A DNA stretch of 64,000 bases from Candidatus Cloacimonadales bacterium (GCA_963665815.1 OY762463.1:3424001-3488000); one strand, 5' to 3'. Shown: positions 9,959-20,603, numbered from the stretch's first letter. Notes: a model not told the origin generated them from the sequence alone. Numbers and translations are program-made.

Positions 9959-10822
9959 ATGAGTATAATTGATAATTTATCAACTTTTGAAAAGATAAAA
10001 CACATAAATGAATACGATGTTGAATTCTGGTATGCAAGAGAGTTTGCTCAAGCACTTGATTATAGTAAATGGGCAAACTTCGAGAACATTATTAAAAAGG
10101 CTAAAATTGCCTGCAAAACCAGTGGTAACGTGGTTTCCGATCATTTTGCCGACGTCGGCAAAATGATAGATCTTCCTAAGGGAGCAGAAAGAGAAATAAA
10201 TGATGTAGCTCTTTCTCGATATGCTTGCTACCTCATTATGCAAGAAGCTGACTCTCGAAAAAAAGTTGTAGCTTTAGGGAAAACTTACTTTGCCATCCAG
10301 ACAAGAAGACAGGAACTTCAGGATGAATTTGAGCAGATTTCCGAAGATAGAAAGAGACTCGCTATTAGAAATGAATTAAAAGAACACAATAAACAATTAG
10401 CTGATGCTGCCCATAAAGCTGGAATTCAAAACAACATAGAATATGCAGTTTTTCAGAATTTTGGATATATGGGACTTTATGGTGGATTGAAAGCAAAAGA
10501 TATTCATAGAAGAAAAGGGTTGAGGAAAAGTCACAAAATTCTCGATTATATGGGAAGCACAGAACTCGCAGCTAATCTTTTCCGGGCTACCCAAACAGAG
10601 GAGAAATTGCGAAGAGATAATATTAAAGGTAAAGATAATGCCAATAAGACTCATTTGGAAATTGGTAAAAAAGTAAGACAAACTATAAAAGAAATTGGTG
10701 GTACAATGCCTGAAGATTTACCAACACCAAAGAAATCAATAATAAAAATACAAAAAGAAAACTGTATCTCCTCCAATGCTCCACAGTCCAAAATCCACTC
10801 CAATGGAGAAACTGATGAATAA
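9959..10822 (+). CDS. dinD: DNA-damage-inducible protein D (Bro-N family)
   Basis: FWYARE, LSRYACYLI, YFAIQTRRQE, ILDYMGSTELAANLFRATQTEEKL. Confidence 0.9.
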   Translation: MSIIDNLSTFEKIKHINEYDVEFWYAREFAQALDYSKWANFENIIKKAKIACKTSGNVVSDHFADVGKMIDLPKGAEREINDVALSRYACYLIMQEADSRKKVVALGKTYFAIQTRRQELQDEFEQISEDRKRLAIRNELKEHNKQLADAAHKAGIQNNIEYAVFQNFGYMGLYGGLKAKDIHRRKGLRKSHKILDYMGSTELAANLFRATQTEEKLRRDNIKGKDNANKTHLEIGKKVRQTIKEIGGTMPEDLPTPKKSIIKIQKENCISSNAPQSKIHSNGETDE

Positions 10823-12002
10823 TTTTCCAAAAGAATGGAAAGAAGTAAAACTTGGTGATTATATATCTACAAATGACAGCAGTTTGAACAAAAATGATTT
10901 TCACGAGAAGATTCAGTATTTAGATACAGGATCAATTTCCAATAACAATATTGATAAATTACAAGACTTCAACCTCTGGGATGCTCCTAGTAGAGCAAAA
11001 AGACTTGTGGAGAATGAAGACATAATATATTCTTCAGTTAGACCCAATCAGCGACACTATGGATTTATAGAGAATCCTGCGGAAAATTTAGTTGTTTCAA
11101 CTGGATTTGTTGTTATTAAAACAGATAAAAAGGAATTGTATCCTAAATTCTTATATTATTTATTATCTTCTGACGAGTTAACTGAATATCTTCATACAAT
11201 AGCTGAAGCCTCAACCTCAGCATATCCCTCTCTGAAACCAAGTGATATTGAAGCTCTTGAGGTAGCATTTCCTGCCATTAACGAACAAAAAGCTATTGCG
11301 GAGGTTCTTGCCAGTCTGGATGATAAAATAGATTTACTACACAGGCAGAATAAAACCCTTGAGCAAATGGCTGAGATTCTCTTCCGCCAATGGTTTGTTG
11401 AAGAAGCTGATGATAGCTGGGAGGAAGGGAAACTTGGTGATTTTGTCTCAATTATTGATAACAGAGGTAAAACTCCACCTAATCAGAATGAGGAAACACC
11501 ATTTCCATTAATTGAAGTAAATGCACTTGGAAAATTGACACGTATTATTGATTATTCTGTAGTAAGAAAGTATGTTAGTTTAGAGGTGTTTAACACATGG
11601 TTTAGACAGTATTTAAGCAAGTATGACATTTTGCTATCAACAGTAGGAAGTATAGGTGCTATTTCAATGTTTTTATCTGAAGTTGGCAATGTTGCACAGA
11701 ATGTAATAGGTTTGAAAGCACAGAGGCTATCTCCATTGTACTTATACCAAACTTTAAAATACAGAACTGAGGAAATTATGCAATTAGATATTGGTGGAGT
11801 ACAACCAAGTATAAAGGTTCCACATTTGCTAGACTTAATTATATCAATACCTTCAAAAGATAAGCAAGATAATTTCGATGAACTTGCTTATGACTTCGTA
11901 GATCAAATGGAGAAAAATCAACATCAAATTCAAAAACTAAAAAGCCTGAGAGATACTTTGTTACCAAAACTAATGAGTGGAAAAGTGAGAGTTGTCATCT
12001 AA
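10815..12002 (+). CDS. hsdS: Type I RM specificity subunit
   Basis: Two TRDs with conserved linkers EQKAIAEVLASLDDKIDL and LRDTLLPKLMSG; start at the ATG after ggag. Confidence 0.95.
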   Translation: MNNFPKEWKEVKLGDYISTNDSSLNKNDFHEKIQYLDTGSISNNNIDKLQDFNLWDAPSRAKRLVENEDIIYSSVRPNQRHYGFIENPAENLVVSTGFVVIKTDKKELYPKFLYYLLSSDELTEYLHTIAEASTSAYPSLKPSDIEALEVAFPAINEQKAIAEVLASLDDKIDLLHRQNKTLEQMAEILFRQWFVEEADDSWEEGKLGDFVSIIDNRGKTPPNQNEETPFPLIEVNALGKLTRIIDYSVVRKYVSLEVFNTWFRQYLSKYDILLSTVGSIGAISMFLSEVGNVAQNVIGLKAQRLSPLYLYQTLKYRTEEIMQLDIGGVQPSIKVPHLLDLIISIPSKDKQDNFDELAYDFVDQMEKNQHQIQKLKSLRDTLLPKLMSGKVRVVI

Positions 12003-12016
12003 TCCAAGGAGGAATT

Positions 12017-14614
12017 ATGAGTAGTTTTTGTAGAGGTTCTGAATGGAGAAAATGGGATTTACACGTACATACTCCTTATACTTATCTTAATAAGTATAAG
12101 GCAACAGATGATGAATTTGTGAAGAAAATCATTGAAGAAAAACTCGCAGTAGTAGGATTAACAAACTACTTCAAATTCGATAAAAAAGAGTATGAACTTA
12201 AAAATATACTAGAAGGAAAAGGGATTTGCGTGTTCCTCAATTTGGAACTCAGGTTGACATATCAAAATAAAGAAGACCAATGTTGTGATATTCATATTGT
12301 TTTTGACAATGAATTACCAGAAAGTATTATTAATGATTTTCTTTCAAATTTGACTCTAAAAGTAGACGCAAATGCAGTTAAAGCAAAGGACTTATCCATT
12401 GAGAATGATGGTTTTGCAAAGGCAGTTGTAGAGTTTAATGATTTAATAAGAGTATTAGAAGATGAATCTTTAAGACTAAATAATAAATACTTGATAGGTT
12501 TTCTTTCACGAGGAAAAGGTAATTCACGCTCAAGTAATGCTTATGAAATTATTGCAAGAGAATCTAACATATTAATACATTCATCAGATAATGAGTTAAA
12601 TATTCAAAAAGATAGAGAGTTTTGGCTAGAACATAACAAGCCTTTACTACAATGTAGCGATACTCACGCAATTGAAGACATTGGGTCAAAATATACATGG
12701 ATAAAAGCAGACCCGACATTTGAGGGTTTAAAGCAGATAATCTTTGAGCCAAGAGACAGAATCCACATAGATGATGAAAAACCCGAAAAACATGGCTATC
12801 GTGCTATTGATAAAGTTATATTACGAAAAGATGAGGAAAACTTCTGGGATCAGACAATATGTTTTAACGAAAACCTGAATACTATTATTGGAGGAAGAGC
12901 TACTGGTAAATCAACATTATTGAGTTCTATAGCGAATAGATTTGGAGAAATGATCAATCCAGAAGAATATATTAAAAAGCATAGCGAGAATCTCACAGTA
13001 ATATGGAAAGACGGAGATGAAAATGATAGCAGAGAAGTAGAATTTTTCCCTCAAAATTACATGTATGATTTAGCTAGAAATGACACAGAAAGAAACAGCT
13101 TAATTAATGAAATAATTGAAGAATATGATACAGAAAGTCTTCTAAGTAATTATGTTAAGTTCGTTGAATCAAATAAAAGTAATATTTCTAAAGAAATCTC
13201 TAACTCTTTCAATATAAAAACTGAGATAGATGGAATTAATGAGAAAATTAAAGCTATAGGTGATAAAACGGGAATTTCTAAAGGTATTGAAGAAACAAAG
13301 GCAAAAATTGAAGCCAGTAAAGTTACATTATCTGAAGAAGTTAAAAAGGAATACGAGCGAGTTTCAAACTTAATAAATAACAATGGGAGAAAAATCATTT
13401 CCATTAGTGATGATATTCGTAAAATAGAAAATATTAAGGTATCTGAACTTTATAATACTTCATTAAAATACGATTTTACATCACTATCAGAAAAGTCAAA
13501 AAATAAGATTGAAAAAGTATACACAAAGCTTGTTTCTGAGTTTAAGCAAAAATGGGAAAGTGAAATTGCCAATATAGTTATACAGCTTAATGAGGATAAA
13601 CAGAGATTTATTCAAGATAATGTATCACTTATGAAAAACACTGATTACAAAAGTGGATTAGAGTTTCTTGAGAAAAATAAATATCTCAAAGGATTAGATA
13701 AAATAATAAGTGATGAGACTAAGAAATTGAATGAAATTAATATAGAAGAAAAAAAACGTGAAGAGAAGAAAAAAATCCTTGAAGAAATAATAGACAAAAT
13801 CACCTCTAATGTTAAGGAATATAAGAGCAAAATCGATGAATTAAAACAGAATTTCAGAATTGACCAAAAAGATATACAAATTGGTGTGGAATTTAACCTT
13901 GATGATATAGGCATGACAAGCTTACTATCTAAGAGTTTGAACCTTCGAGGAAATGAAAGACAGGATTTCGTAAGTCAATTTGCTCAAAGCTATAAAGAAA
14001 ATATTGTAAATTGCACAAAAGACTTCTTAATTAAAGCTTTAGATAATAAAGTAGAATATAAGGGTGAATATCTTAAAAAAAACCTTTCAAACTTTCCTGT
14101 AGAACTTATATCCGTAAATTGGTTTGATAAATCGTTTCAGTTAACCTACCAAGGTGATGTATTTGAGAACATGTCACAAGGAAAACAAGCATTTGTTATA
14201 CTCAAATTATTGTTAGAATTTAGTAAGAAGGAATGCCCTATATTGATAGATCAACCAGAGGACAGTTTGGACAATAGAGCGATTTATAATGAGCTAGTAA
14301 AATACTTAGTCAACAAAAAGAAAGAACGTCAAATAATACTTGTTACTCATAATTCAAATGTTGTAGTAAGCTCAGATGCCGAACAAGTCATTGTTGCAAA
14401 TCAACATGGAGAGAAGACACGAAACAAAAGAGGAGTGAAGTTTCAATACTTAACTGGAAGTTTAGAGAATACAAAAGTAAAAACTGTAGTATCAAACACT
14501 GAAGAGGATAAGCAAATCGTTCTAGAAAAACAAGGTGTTCGCGAACATGTTTGCGAAATACTCGAAGGTGGAAATGAAGCCTTTAAAAAAAGGGAAATGA
14601 AATATGGCATCTAA
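12017..14614 (+). CDS. PHP phosphoesterase + ABC/SMC-like ATPase (TrlF/Ppl-like anti-phage protein)
   Basis: GSEWRKWDLHVHTP, SDTH, TWIKADPTFEGL, Walker A GGRATGKS, coiled coil, MSQG, IDQPED, VTHN. Confidence 0.85.
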   Translation: MSSFCRGSEWRKWDLHVHTPYTYLNKYKATDDEFVKKIIEEKLAVVGLTNYFKFDKKEYELKNILEGKGICVFLNLELRLTYQNKEDQCCDIHIVFDNELPESIINDFLSNLTLKVDANAVKAKDLSIENDGFAKAVVEFNDLIRVLEDESLRLNNKYLIGFLSRGKGNSRSSNAYEIIARESNILIHSSDNELNIQKDREFWLEHNKPLLQCSDTHAIEDIGSKYTWIKADPTFEGLKQIIFEPRDRIHIDDEKPEKHGYRAIDKVILRKDEENFWDQTICFNENLNTIIGGRATGKSTLLSSIANRFGEMINPEEYIKKHSENLTVIWKDGDENDSREVEFFPQNYMYDLARNDTERNSLINEIIEEYDTESLLSNYVKFVESNKSNISKEISNSFNIKTEIDGINEKIKAIGDKTGISKGIEETKAKIEASKVTLSEEVKKEYERVSNLINNNGRKIISISDDIRKIENIKVSELYNTSLKYDFTSLSEKSKNKIEKVYTKLVSEFKQKWESEIANIVIQLNEDKQRFIQDNVSLMKNTDYKSGLEFLEKNKYLKGLDKIISDETKKLNEINIEEKKREEKKKILEEIIDKITSNVKEYKSKIDELKQNFRIDQKDIQIGVEFNLDDIGMTSLLSKSLNLRGNERQDFVSQFAQSYKENIVNCTKDFLIKALDNKVEYKGEYLKKNLSNFPVELISVNWFDKSFQLTYQGDVFENMSQGKQAFVILKLLLEFSKKECPILIDQPEDSLDNRAIYNELVKYLVNKKKERQIILVTHNSNVVVSSDAEQVIVANQHGEKTRNKRGVKFQYLTGSLENTKVKTVVSNTEEDKQIVLEKQGVREHVCEILEGGNEAFKKREMKYGI

Positions 14615-17600
14615 CATAAAAATCACCGAAACAACAATAGAAAACTTTGCCATAGAGCTGCTAGAAGGGCTCGGATACGAATATTTATATGGTCCGGACT
14701 TAGCACCGGAAGGAGACAGACAGGAAAGACAATCTTTTGAAGATGTATTGCTGTTGGACAGGCTGGAAAATGCTATCCGCAGGTTAAATCCTGTATCCAC
14801 AAAAGAAGCCAGGGAAGATGCTTTCAAGCAGGTTTTAAGGCTTAATTCCACAGAGCTTATAAATAGTAACAGAGATTTTCATAAGCTTGTTACAGAGGGT
14901 GTAAATGTCTCTGTAAGGGATAACTCATACGAACGTGGAGACTACATCAAGTTAATTGACTTTGATATTGTTGAGAATAATGAGTTTCTTGTAGTCAATC
15001 AATATACCATTATTGAAGATGGAAAGAATAAACGACCGGATGTAATCTTGTTTGTCAATGGTATACCGCTTGTTGTAATTGAGCTAAAGAATCCTGCAGG
15101 TGAGAAATCCACCGTTAAGTCAGCTTTTAATCAGATTCAAAACTACAAGAAGACAATCCCATCATTATTTACTTATAATGGTTTAATCGTCATTTCGGAT
15201 GGACTGGAAGCAAAAGCAGGATCACTTTCTGCAGGTTATAACAGATTTATGAGCTGGAAAACAGCTGATGGTAAAACAGAAGCATCCAGACTTGTCGGAC
15301 AAATGGAAATCCTTATCAAAGGAATGCTCAATAAGAAAGTTCTCCTTGATTTGATAAGACACTTCATTGTTTTTGAACAAACAAAAAAAGAGGATTATAA
15401 AACAAAGATCACAACTATAGAGGTTGTGAAAAAACTTGCTGCTTACCATCAATACTATGCAGTAAACAAAGCAGTTGAAAGCACAATTCGAGCTGTCAAT
15501 TTATGCGGAGATAGTGTCAGGGAATCGCCTGCTGTATATAACTTACCCAATGTAATGAATCAACCTAAAGGAGACAGAAAAGCAGGGGTTATCTGGCATA
15601 CACAGGGATCAGGAAAGTCACTTTCCATGGTTTTCTACTCGGGGAAGATAGTCCTCAAACTCAATAATCCTACAATTCTTGTTATCACAGACAGGAACGA
15701 CTTGGATGATCAGCTTTTTGATACTTTTGCATCATCTCAACAATTATTGCGTCAAGTACCTGTTCAGGCAGAAAGCCGTGAGCATCTAAAAAAGCTGTTG
15801 AGAGTCTCGAGTGGTGGTGTTGTTTTTTCTACAATACAGAAGTTTCAACCTGAAGCGGGAAATGTGTATGAGAGGCTCTCCAACAGGGAAAATATTGTTG
15901 TAGTAGCTGACGAAGCACATAGAACTCAATATGGATTTAAAGCCAGAAATGTTGATGAAAAAGACTCAGCTGGTAATGTTATAGGTAAGAAAACTGTTTA
16001 TGGTCTGGCAAAATACTTAAGAGATGCTTTACCACACGCAAGTTTTATTGGATTCACCGGAACACCTATTGAGAAAACGGATGTGAACACACCTAAGGTT
16101 TTCGGAAACTATATAGATATATATGATTTTGCTCAGGCAATAGAAGATAAAGCAACTGTACCGATCTATTATGAAAGTCGTTTAGCCAAAGTATTCCTGA
16201 GCGATGAAGGTAAGAAACTAATCAAAGAACTGGATGACCGACTTGATAAAGAGGACATGGAGTTCTCAAAAGAAGTTAAAGCAAAACGAACCAAGTTAAA
16301 TGCATTAATAGGTAGTGATGAGCGAGTAAAACAGGTTGCACTGGATATTGTTAAACATTTTGAGAACAGACAGGAAGTATCATTCGGAAAAGGTATGATT
16401 GTAACATCTGCAAGATGGATTGCAGCTAAGCTATACAGTGAAATCATAAAACTTCGTCCTGAATGGGAACATAAAGATCTTGATAAAGGTTCCCTGAAAG
16501 TTGTAATGACAACATCTTCATCCGATGGAACTAAGTTTGAGAAACATCATACATCTAAATCTGACAGAAAAGTTTTATCAGATAGAATGAAAGATGCAGA
16601 TGATGAACTCAAGTTGGTAATCGTATGCGATATGTGGCTAACAGGATTTGATGTTCCTTGTCTTCATACAATGTACATAGATAAACCTATGAAGGGTCAT
16701 AATCTTATGCAGGCAATAGCAAGAGTTAATAGAGTTTATAAAGATAAGCCCGGAGGATTGATTGTAGATTATCTTGGTATTGCGTCAGATTTGAAAAGAG
16801 CGTTGTCATTTTATAGTGAGAATGGAGGTAAAGGAGACCCGGCAGAAGCCCAGGAACAAGCAGTGAAAATCATGCTTGAAAAACTTGAGGTTGTATCACA
16901 GCTATTACATGGATTCCCGTATGAAGATTATTTTGATGCTGATGTTTCCAGAAAATTGTCAATTATCTTAGAAGCTGAAGAATTTATTCTCCAACTTGAA
17001 AATGGAAAGAAGCGATTCATCTCAGAAGTAACAGCACTTTCAAAAGCATTTGCAATTGCAGTCCCCCATGAAGAAGCAATGGATGTTAAAGAGGAGATAG
17101 CATTCTTCCAGACTGTTAAATCCAGATTAGTTAAATTTGAGCCCAAAGGATCAGGTTTATCTGATGAAGAAATGGAGACAACTATCAAACAGGTTATTGA
17201 TCAAGCTCTTGTTTCAGACAAAGTTATCGATGTCTTTGATGCAGCAGGAATTAAGAAACCTGATATATCTATTCTTTCAGAAGAGTTTCTTCTTGAAGTC
17301 AAAGGCATGAAACATAAAAACGTAGCATTGGAAGTTCTTAAGAAATTACTGAATGATGAGATAAGAATAAGAGCTAAGACCAATATTGTACAGAGTAAGA
17401 CACTTATGGAGATGTTGGAGAATGCAATCCTTAAGTATCAGAACAAGATCATCTCAGCAGTCGAAGTTATTGAAGAGCTGATTAAAATGAGTAAAGAAAT
17501 GCAGAATATGGACAGAGAACCAGAGGAAATGGGATTATCTCCGTTTGAGTATGCATTTTATTCTGCAGTTGCTAACAATGATAGTGCAAAAGAGTTAATG

Positions 17601-17822
17601 GGTAAGGACAAACTAAGAGAACTAGCTGTTGTCTTGTTTGAAAAAGTTCGAAAGAACGCAACAATAGACTGGACAATCAAGGGTAGTGTCAGATCAAAAC
17701 TCAAGGTAATAGTCAAGAGAACTCTCAGACAGTTTGGTTATCCACCGGATATGCAAAAGCTTGCAACCGATACTGTACTTAAACAAGCAGAAAAAATAGC
17801 AGATGAGTTAACAAAAATGTAA
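14604..17822 (+). CDS. hsdR: Type I RM restriction subunit
   Basis: RPDVILFVNGIPLVVIELK, WHTQGSGKS, DEAH, FTGTP, MWLTGFD, QAIARVNR. Confidence 0.97.
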   Translation: MASNIKITETTIENFAIELLEGLGYEYLYGPDLAPEGDRQERQSFEDVLLLDRLENAIRRLNPVSTKEAREDAFKQVLRLNSTELINSNRDFHKLVTEGVNVSVRDNSYERGDYIKLIDFDIVENNEFLVVNQYTIIEDGKNKRPDVILFVNGIPLVVIELKNPAGEKSTVKSAFNQIQNYKKTIPSLFTYNGLIVISDGLEAKAGSLSAGYNRFMSWKTADGKTEASRLVGQMEILIKGMLNKKVLLDLIRHFIVFEQTKKEDYKTKITTIEVVKKLAAYHQYYAVNKAVESTIRAVNLCGDSVRESPAVYNLPNVMNQPKGDRKAGVIWHTQGSGKSLSMVFYSGKIVLKLNNPTILVITDRNDLDDQLFDTFASSQQLLRQVPVQAESREHLKKLLRVSSGGVVFSTIQKFQPEAGNVYERLSNRENIVVVADEAHRTQYGFKARNVDEKDSAGNVIGKKTVYGLAKYLRDALPHASFIGFTGTPIEKTDVNTPKVFGNYIDIYDFAQAIEDKATVPIYYESRLAKVFLSDEGKKLIKELDDRLDKEDMEFSKEVKAKRTKLNALIGSDERVKQVALDIVKHFENRQEVSFGKGMIVTSARWIAAKLYSEIIKLRPEWEHKDLDKGSLKVVMTTSSSDGTKFEKHHTSKSDRKVLSDRMKDADDELKLVIVCDMWLTGFDVPCLHTMYIDKPMKGHNLMQAIARVNRVYKDKPGGLIVDYLGIASDLKRALSFYSENGGKGDPAEAQEQAVKIMLEKLEVVSQLLHGFPYEDYFDADVSRKLSIILEAEEFILQLENGKKRFISEVTALSKAFAIAVPHEEAMDVKEEIAFFQTVKSRLVKFEPKGSGLSDEEMETTIKQVIDQALVSDKVIDVFDAAGIKKPDISILSEEFLLEVKGMKHKNVALEVLKKLLNDEIRIRAKTNIVQSKTLMEMLENAILKYQNKIISAVEVIEELIKMSKEMQNMDREPEEMGLSPFEYAFYSAVANNDSAKELMGKDKLRELAVVLFEKVRKNATIDWTIKGSVRSKLKVIVKRTLRQFGYPPDMQKLATDTVLKQAEKIADELTKM

Positions 17823-17861
17823 ATGCAGAACCTGTTGGTTCTGTTATAGATAGAAGGAGGA

Positions 17862-18506
17862 ATGTTGAAAGGGTTACCGATGAAAGAAAAAAGGAAATTT
17901 GCTAAGAAGTATAATTCTATCAGAAAAATTGTTGCAGGTACATCAGCAATAATAGCAGCTATAGCAACATACAAGTTTATTTTCCATCATACTAAAAGGC
18001 GGAGGTTGATCAAGTATGGAAATATAGTAATAGATATCTATGAAAAACCGCAAACTAAAGAGTTTATAAATTTGATAAAAACTGGAATATTAAACTCAAA
18101 AGATTTGAACTCTGAAGTTGTTTCAGGTTTTAATCACCTTCTTGATAATCTAATTTCATTTGATGTCGATAAATCTTTCCACACACTATGTAAAATATTA
18201 GAGCTTGCATTAAGCCTGCATATTAGAGTAGAAAACAATAGTTTCGAATTTAGTATCAATAAAGCTCAAAAAGAAAGACTGATAACTTGGAAAGAAAGAA
18301 AGAACTTACATAAAATTCGTATTATAAGGAATAAGTTTGTACATCGAATCGGATTTAAAATCGAGTGGCAAGAATTTATTGAGTATTTCCAAGTAGCTTT
18401 CCCAGTGATTTTGAAACTATCAAGAACCGAAGCTACTATTCCGCAGGTAGAAGCTAAACCCCAAAAACTTCTATGCTCCAAAAAGAAAACTAATTGTGAC
18501 ACATAA
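17862..18506 (+). CDS. Putative membrane-anchored HEPN/DUF4145-like protein
   Basis: Hydrophobic IVAGTSAIIAAIATYKFIF; ILELAL segment and an R-x4-H motif (RNKFVH). Confidence 0.55.
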   Translation: MLKGLPMKEKRKFAKKYNSIRKIVAGTSAIIAAIATYKFIFHHTKRRRLIKYGNIVIDIYEKPQTKEFINLIKTGILNSKDLNSEVVSGFNHLLDNLISFDVDKSFHTLCKILELALSLHIRVENNSFEFSINKAQKERLITWKERKNLHKIRIIRNKFVHRIGFKIEWQEFIEYFQVAFPVILKLSRTEATIPQVEAKPQKLLCSKKKTNCDT

Positions 18507-18557
18507 AAACATTGACTTAAAAAGTCATTCTATACAGATTTACTAAAAGAACATAGC

Positions 18558-18745
18558 AAAAATTGCAACATAACTTATTGGTCAGCTTCAAAAATCGCCA
18601 AATTTAAGTAAGCCACCAGACCAACAGTAAAGTTGCGTCCATTAATATATGGGCGCGCTTTCTAATATCTTGGTGGCTGGTGTTTGGCGATACCTTGAGG
18701 CAAGAGAACGAAAGCGACGCCTTTTCTTCTTTATAGATCAATTCG
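18558..18745 (+). promoter_or_regulatory. Structured leader, copy A
   Basis: Nested inverted repeats (tcgccaaa/tttggcga, agccacca/tggtggct, inner hairpin); homologous to 19204-19380. Confidence 0.6.
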
Positions 18746-18775
18746 ATATGAAAATCAAAATTATAAGGAGGAAAT

Positions 18776-19096
18776 ATGTTCTGTTCACACTGTGGAAGTG
18801 AAATAGTTGATGATGCTGTAATATGTATCAAATGTGGAAGACAAGTCAAAACAATAACCAAGCAAGGCATTGTAAGTGATGAGAAATGGAGTATAGACAA
18901 GTTCGCTGGTCTCATTGCAGCAACTCTGTTAATTCCATATATCGGAGGATTGATAGGTCTAATTTTTGGAATCATGAGTTTAGGATCACCCGGTAAGAAG
19001 AAGCAAGGTATTATTCTAATCTACATTGCTGTCGGAGGATTCATTTTATCATTAACTTTCTGGGCAATGATATTTGGTTTCCTATCTTACTATTGA
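18776..19096 (+). CDS. Zinc-ribbon membrane protein
   Basis: MFCSHCG..CIKCG followed by hydrophobic helices; aaggagg RBS. Confidence 0.85.
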   Translation: MFCSHCGSEIVDDAVICIKCGRQVKTITKQGIVSDEKWSIDKFAGLIAATLLIPYIGGLIGLIFGIMSLGSPGKKKQGIILIYIAVGGFILSLTFWAMIFGFLSYY

Positions 19097-19203
19097 TTTT
19101 AAGGTAATTTCAGAACTAACATACATCTGCAAGCAGTTTTACAGACTAAATGTAACACTATATATATTATGATTCAAATTAATAATCATAGTGTAAGATA
19201 CTT

Positions 19204-19380
19204 AAAATTGTAACACACACATATTGATCTGCTTCTAAATCGCCAAACTAATGTAAGCCGTTGGATCAAGAGTCAAACTACATCTATTATAATGAATGCA
19301 GTTTGGTTAAAACTAACTGATATGAGGGTTTTAAAAGCATTAGGTTTAAGGCAATTCTTTCTTCAAAGTAGATCAATAGA
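19204..19380 (+). promoter_or_regulatory. Structured leader, copy B
   Basis: Aligns with copy A over ~100 nt and again at tttcttc..tagatcaat. Confidence 0.55.
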
Positions 19381-19409
19381 TTTATGATCAGGAGATCAAA
19401 GGAGGAAAA

Positions 19410-19847
19410 ATGAGAAATTTAAAGCTTTTGCTGATTTTAATTTTGTCAATATTTTGCATATTTGGTTGCTCATCCAAGAGAGTTCGAGTTGTAAAGAGAG
19501 GTACAATCCCAGGATATGACCAAACAACAATAAAGAAAGCTTTCGAAGCAGTATTTGATAATCCTAAATGGACAGAAGAAGTAACTTCTAATGGAACGGT
19601 ATTTGTCGAATTTACTGGGAACATCTCCAAAGTATTTAGACGTACAATATCTAAAGATAGAGATGGTACCGGTAGTATAATGATGGCATTAGACTCCAAA
19701 TTATGTGAAGTAGGCAAAGAGGTAACTGCTCAATGGACATTTGCTTCGGATAGAAAATCTTTTCGTTTGAGCTACATAAACAGTGATGCTTTTAGAGGTT
19801 TAGATATCCCTTGTATACTCGACATGATTTACTATGGGAAAATGTAA
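19410..19847 (+). CDS. Putative lipoprotein
   Basis: Signal peptide with lipobox IFGC; ggagg RBS. Confidence 0.8.
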   Translation: MRNLKLLLILILSIFCIFGCSSKRVRVVKRGTIPGYDQTTIKKAFEAVFDNPKWTEEVTSNGTVFVEFTGNISKVFRRTISKDRDGTGSIMMALDSKLCEVGKEVTAQWTFASDRKSFRLSYINSDAFRGLDIPCILDMIYYGKM

Positions 19848-19884
19848 CATGATTGATGCAAATAATAATATAGTAACTTAAAAC

Positions 19885-19918
19885 ATAGCGTAAGATAGTT
19901 TCAACTATCTTACGCTAT
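19885..19918. terminator. 16-bp perfect inverted repeat between convergent genes
   Basis: atagcgtaagatagtt-tc-aactatcttacgctat. Confidence 0.7.
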
Positions 19919-19919
19919 T

Positions 19920-20519
19920 TCATAATATCCTATCCAAATTAACATACACTTCGTCAATCTGATCTTGAGTAATTCCGATATATCTTAGTGTCACATCTTG
20001 TGATGAATGATTGAATATCCGCATTAGTAAACTGAGATCAACACCATTTTTGTAAGCATGATACCCAAAGGTCTTTCTTAATGTGTGCGTACCTATCTTT
20101 GACCGAATTCCTGAACGATAAGCATAATCGTTCAGGAACTGCCAGACGTATTGTCGGGTCCAAGAATTTTTCGATCCAGACACACTATTGGATTTTGACT
20201 TGAACAGGAAATCCATTTCCTCTGGTTTAACATTCTTGTACAATTCCAGAATACTTTTTTTAACATTATCAGAAAATCTGAATTGCCTACTCTTTTTCGT
20301 TTTCTTTTCTTTTATAGTTATTGATAGTCTGAAAGTCGGATCCTTACCCAAATCTGAAAAAATATCATTCCAAGTTAATCTCAGAATATCAGAAATTCGC
20401 AATCCTGTTTTTATACCAATTTCGAATAGAGTTAATTCTCGGATCTTATTTTCCTTTTTCATTAGCTTTTTCATTTTACTAAGTTTCCGGAGATCTTTGA
20501 TTGGTTCTACATAGTTCAT
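19920..20519 (-). CDS. Small tyrosine recombinase/resolvase (catalytic domain only)
   Basis: TGLRISD, K, HTLRKTFGY, FNHSS, TLRYIG (R-K-H-R-H-Y set); MNYVEPIKD start typical of short resolvases. Confidence 0.93.
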   Translation of the reverse strand: MNYVEPIKDLRKLSKMKKLMKKENKIRELTLFEIGIKTGLRISDILRLTWNDIFSDLGKDPTFRLSITIKEKKTKKSRQFRFSDNVKKSILELYKNVKPEEMDFLFKSKSNSVSGSKNSWTRQYVWQFLNDYAYRSGIRSKIGTHTLRKTFGYHAYKNGVDLSLLMRIFNHSSQDVTLRYIGITQDQIDEVYVNLDRIL

Positions 20520-20573
20520 ATAGTTGTCCTTTATTTTACTTAATGAGTTGTATGGCTCTATTTGTAATGCAAA

Positions 20574-20603
20574 ACGGATTAACAGTTGATCCTGTTAATC
20601 CGT
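20574..20603. promoter_or_regulatory. 12-6-12 inverted repeat upstream of the recombinase
   Basis: acggattaacag-ttgatc-ctgttaatccgt. Confidence 0.45.

Noticed and set aside
18500..20519. Classical integron
   Set aside because: The recombinase is only 199 aa with no IntI-specific insertion, and I could not find RYYYAAC/GTTRRRY-bounded attC sites
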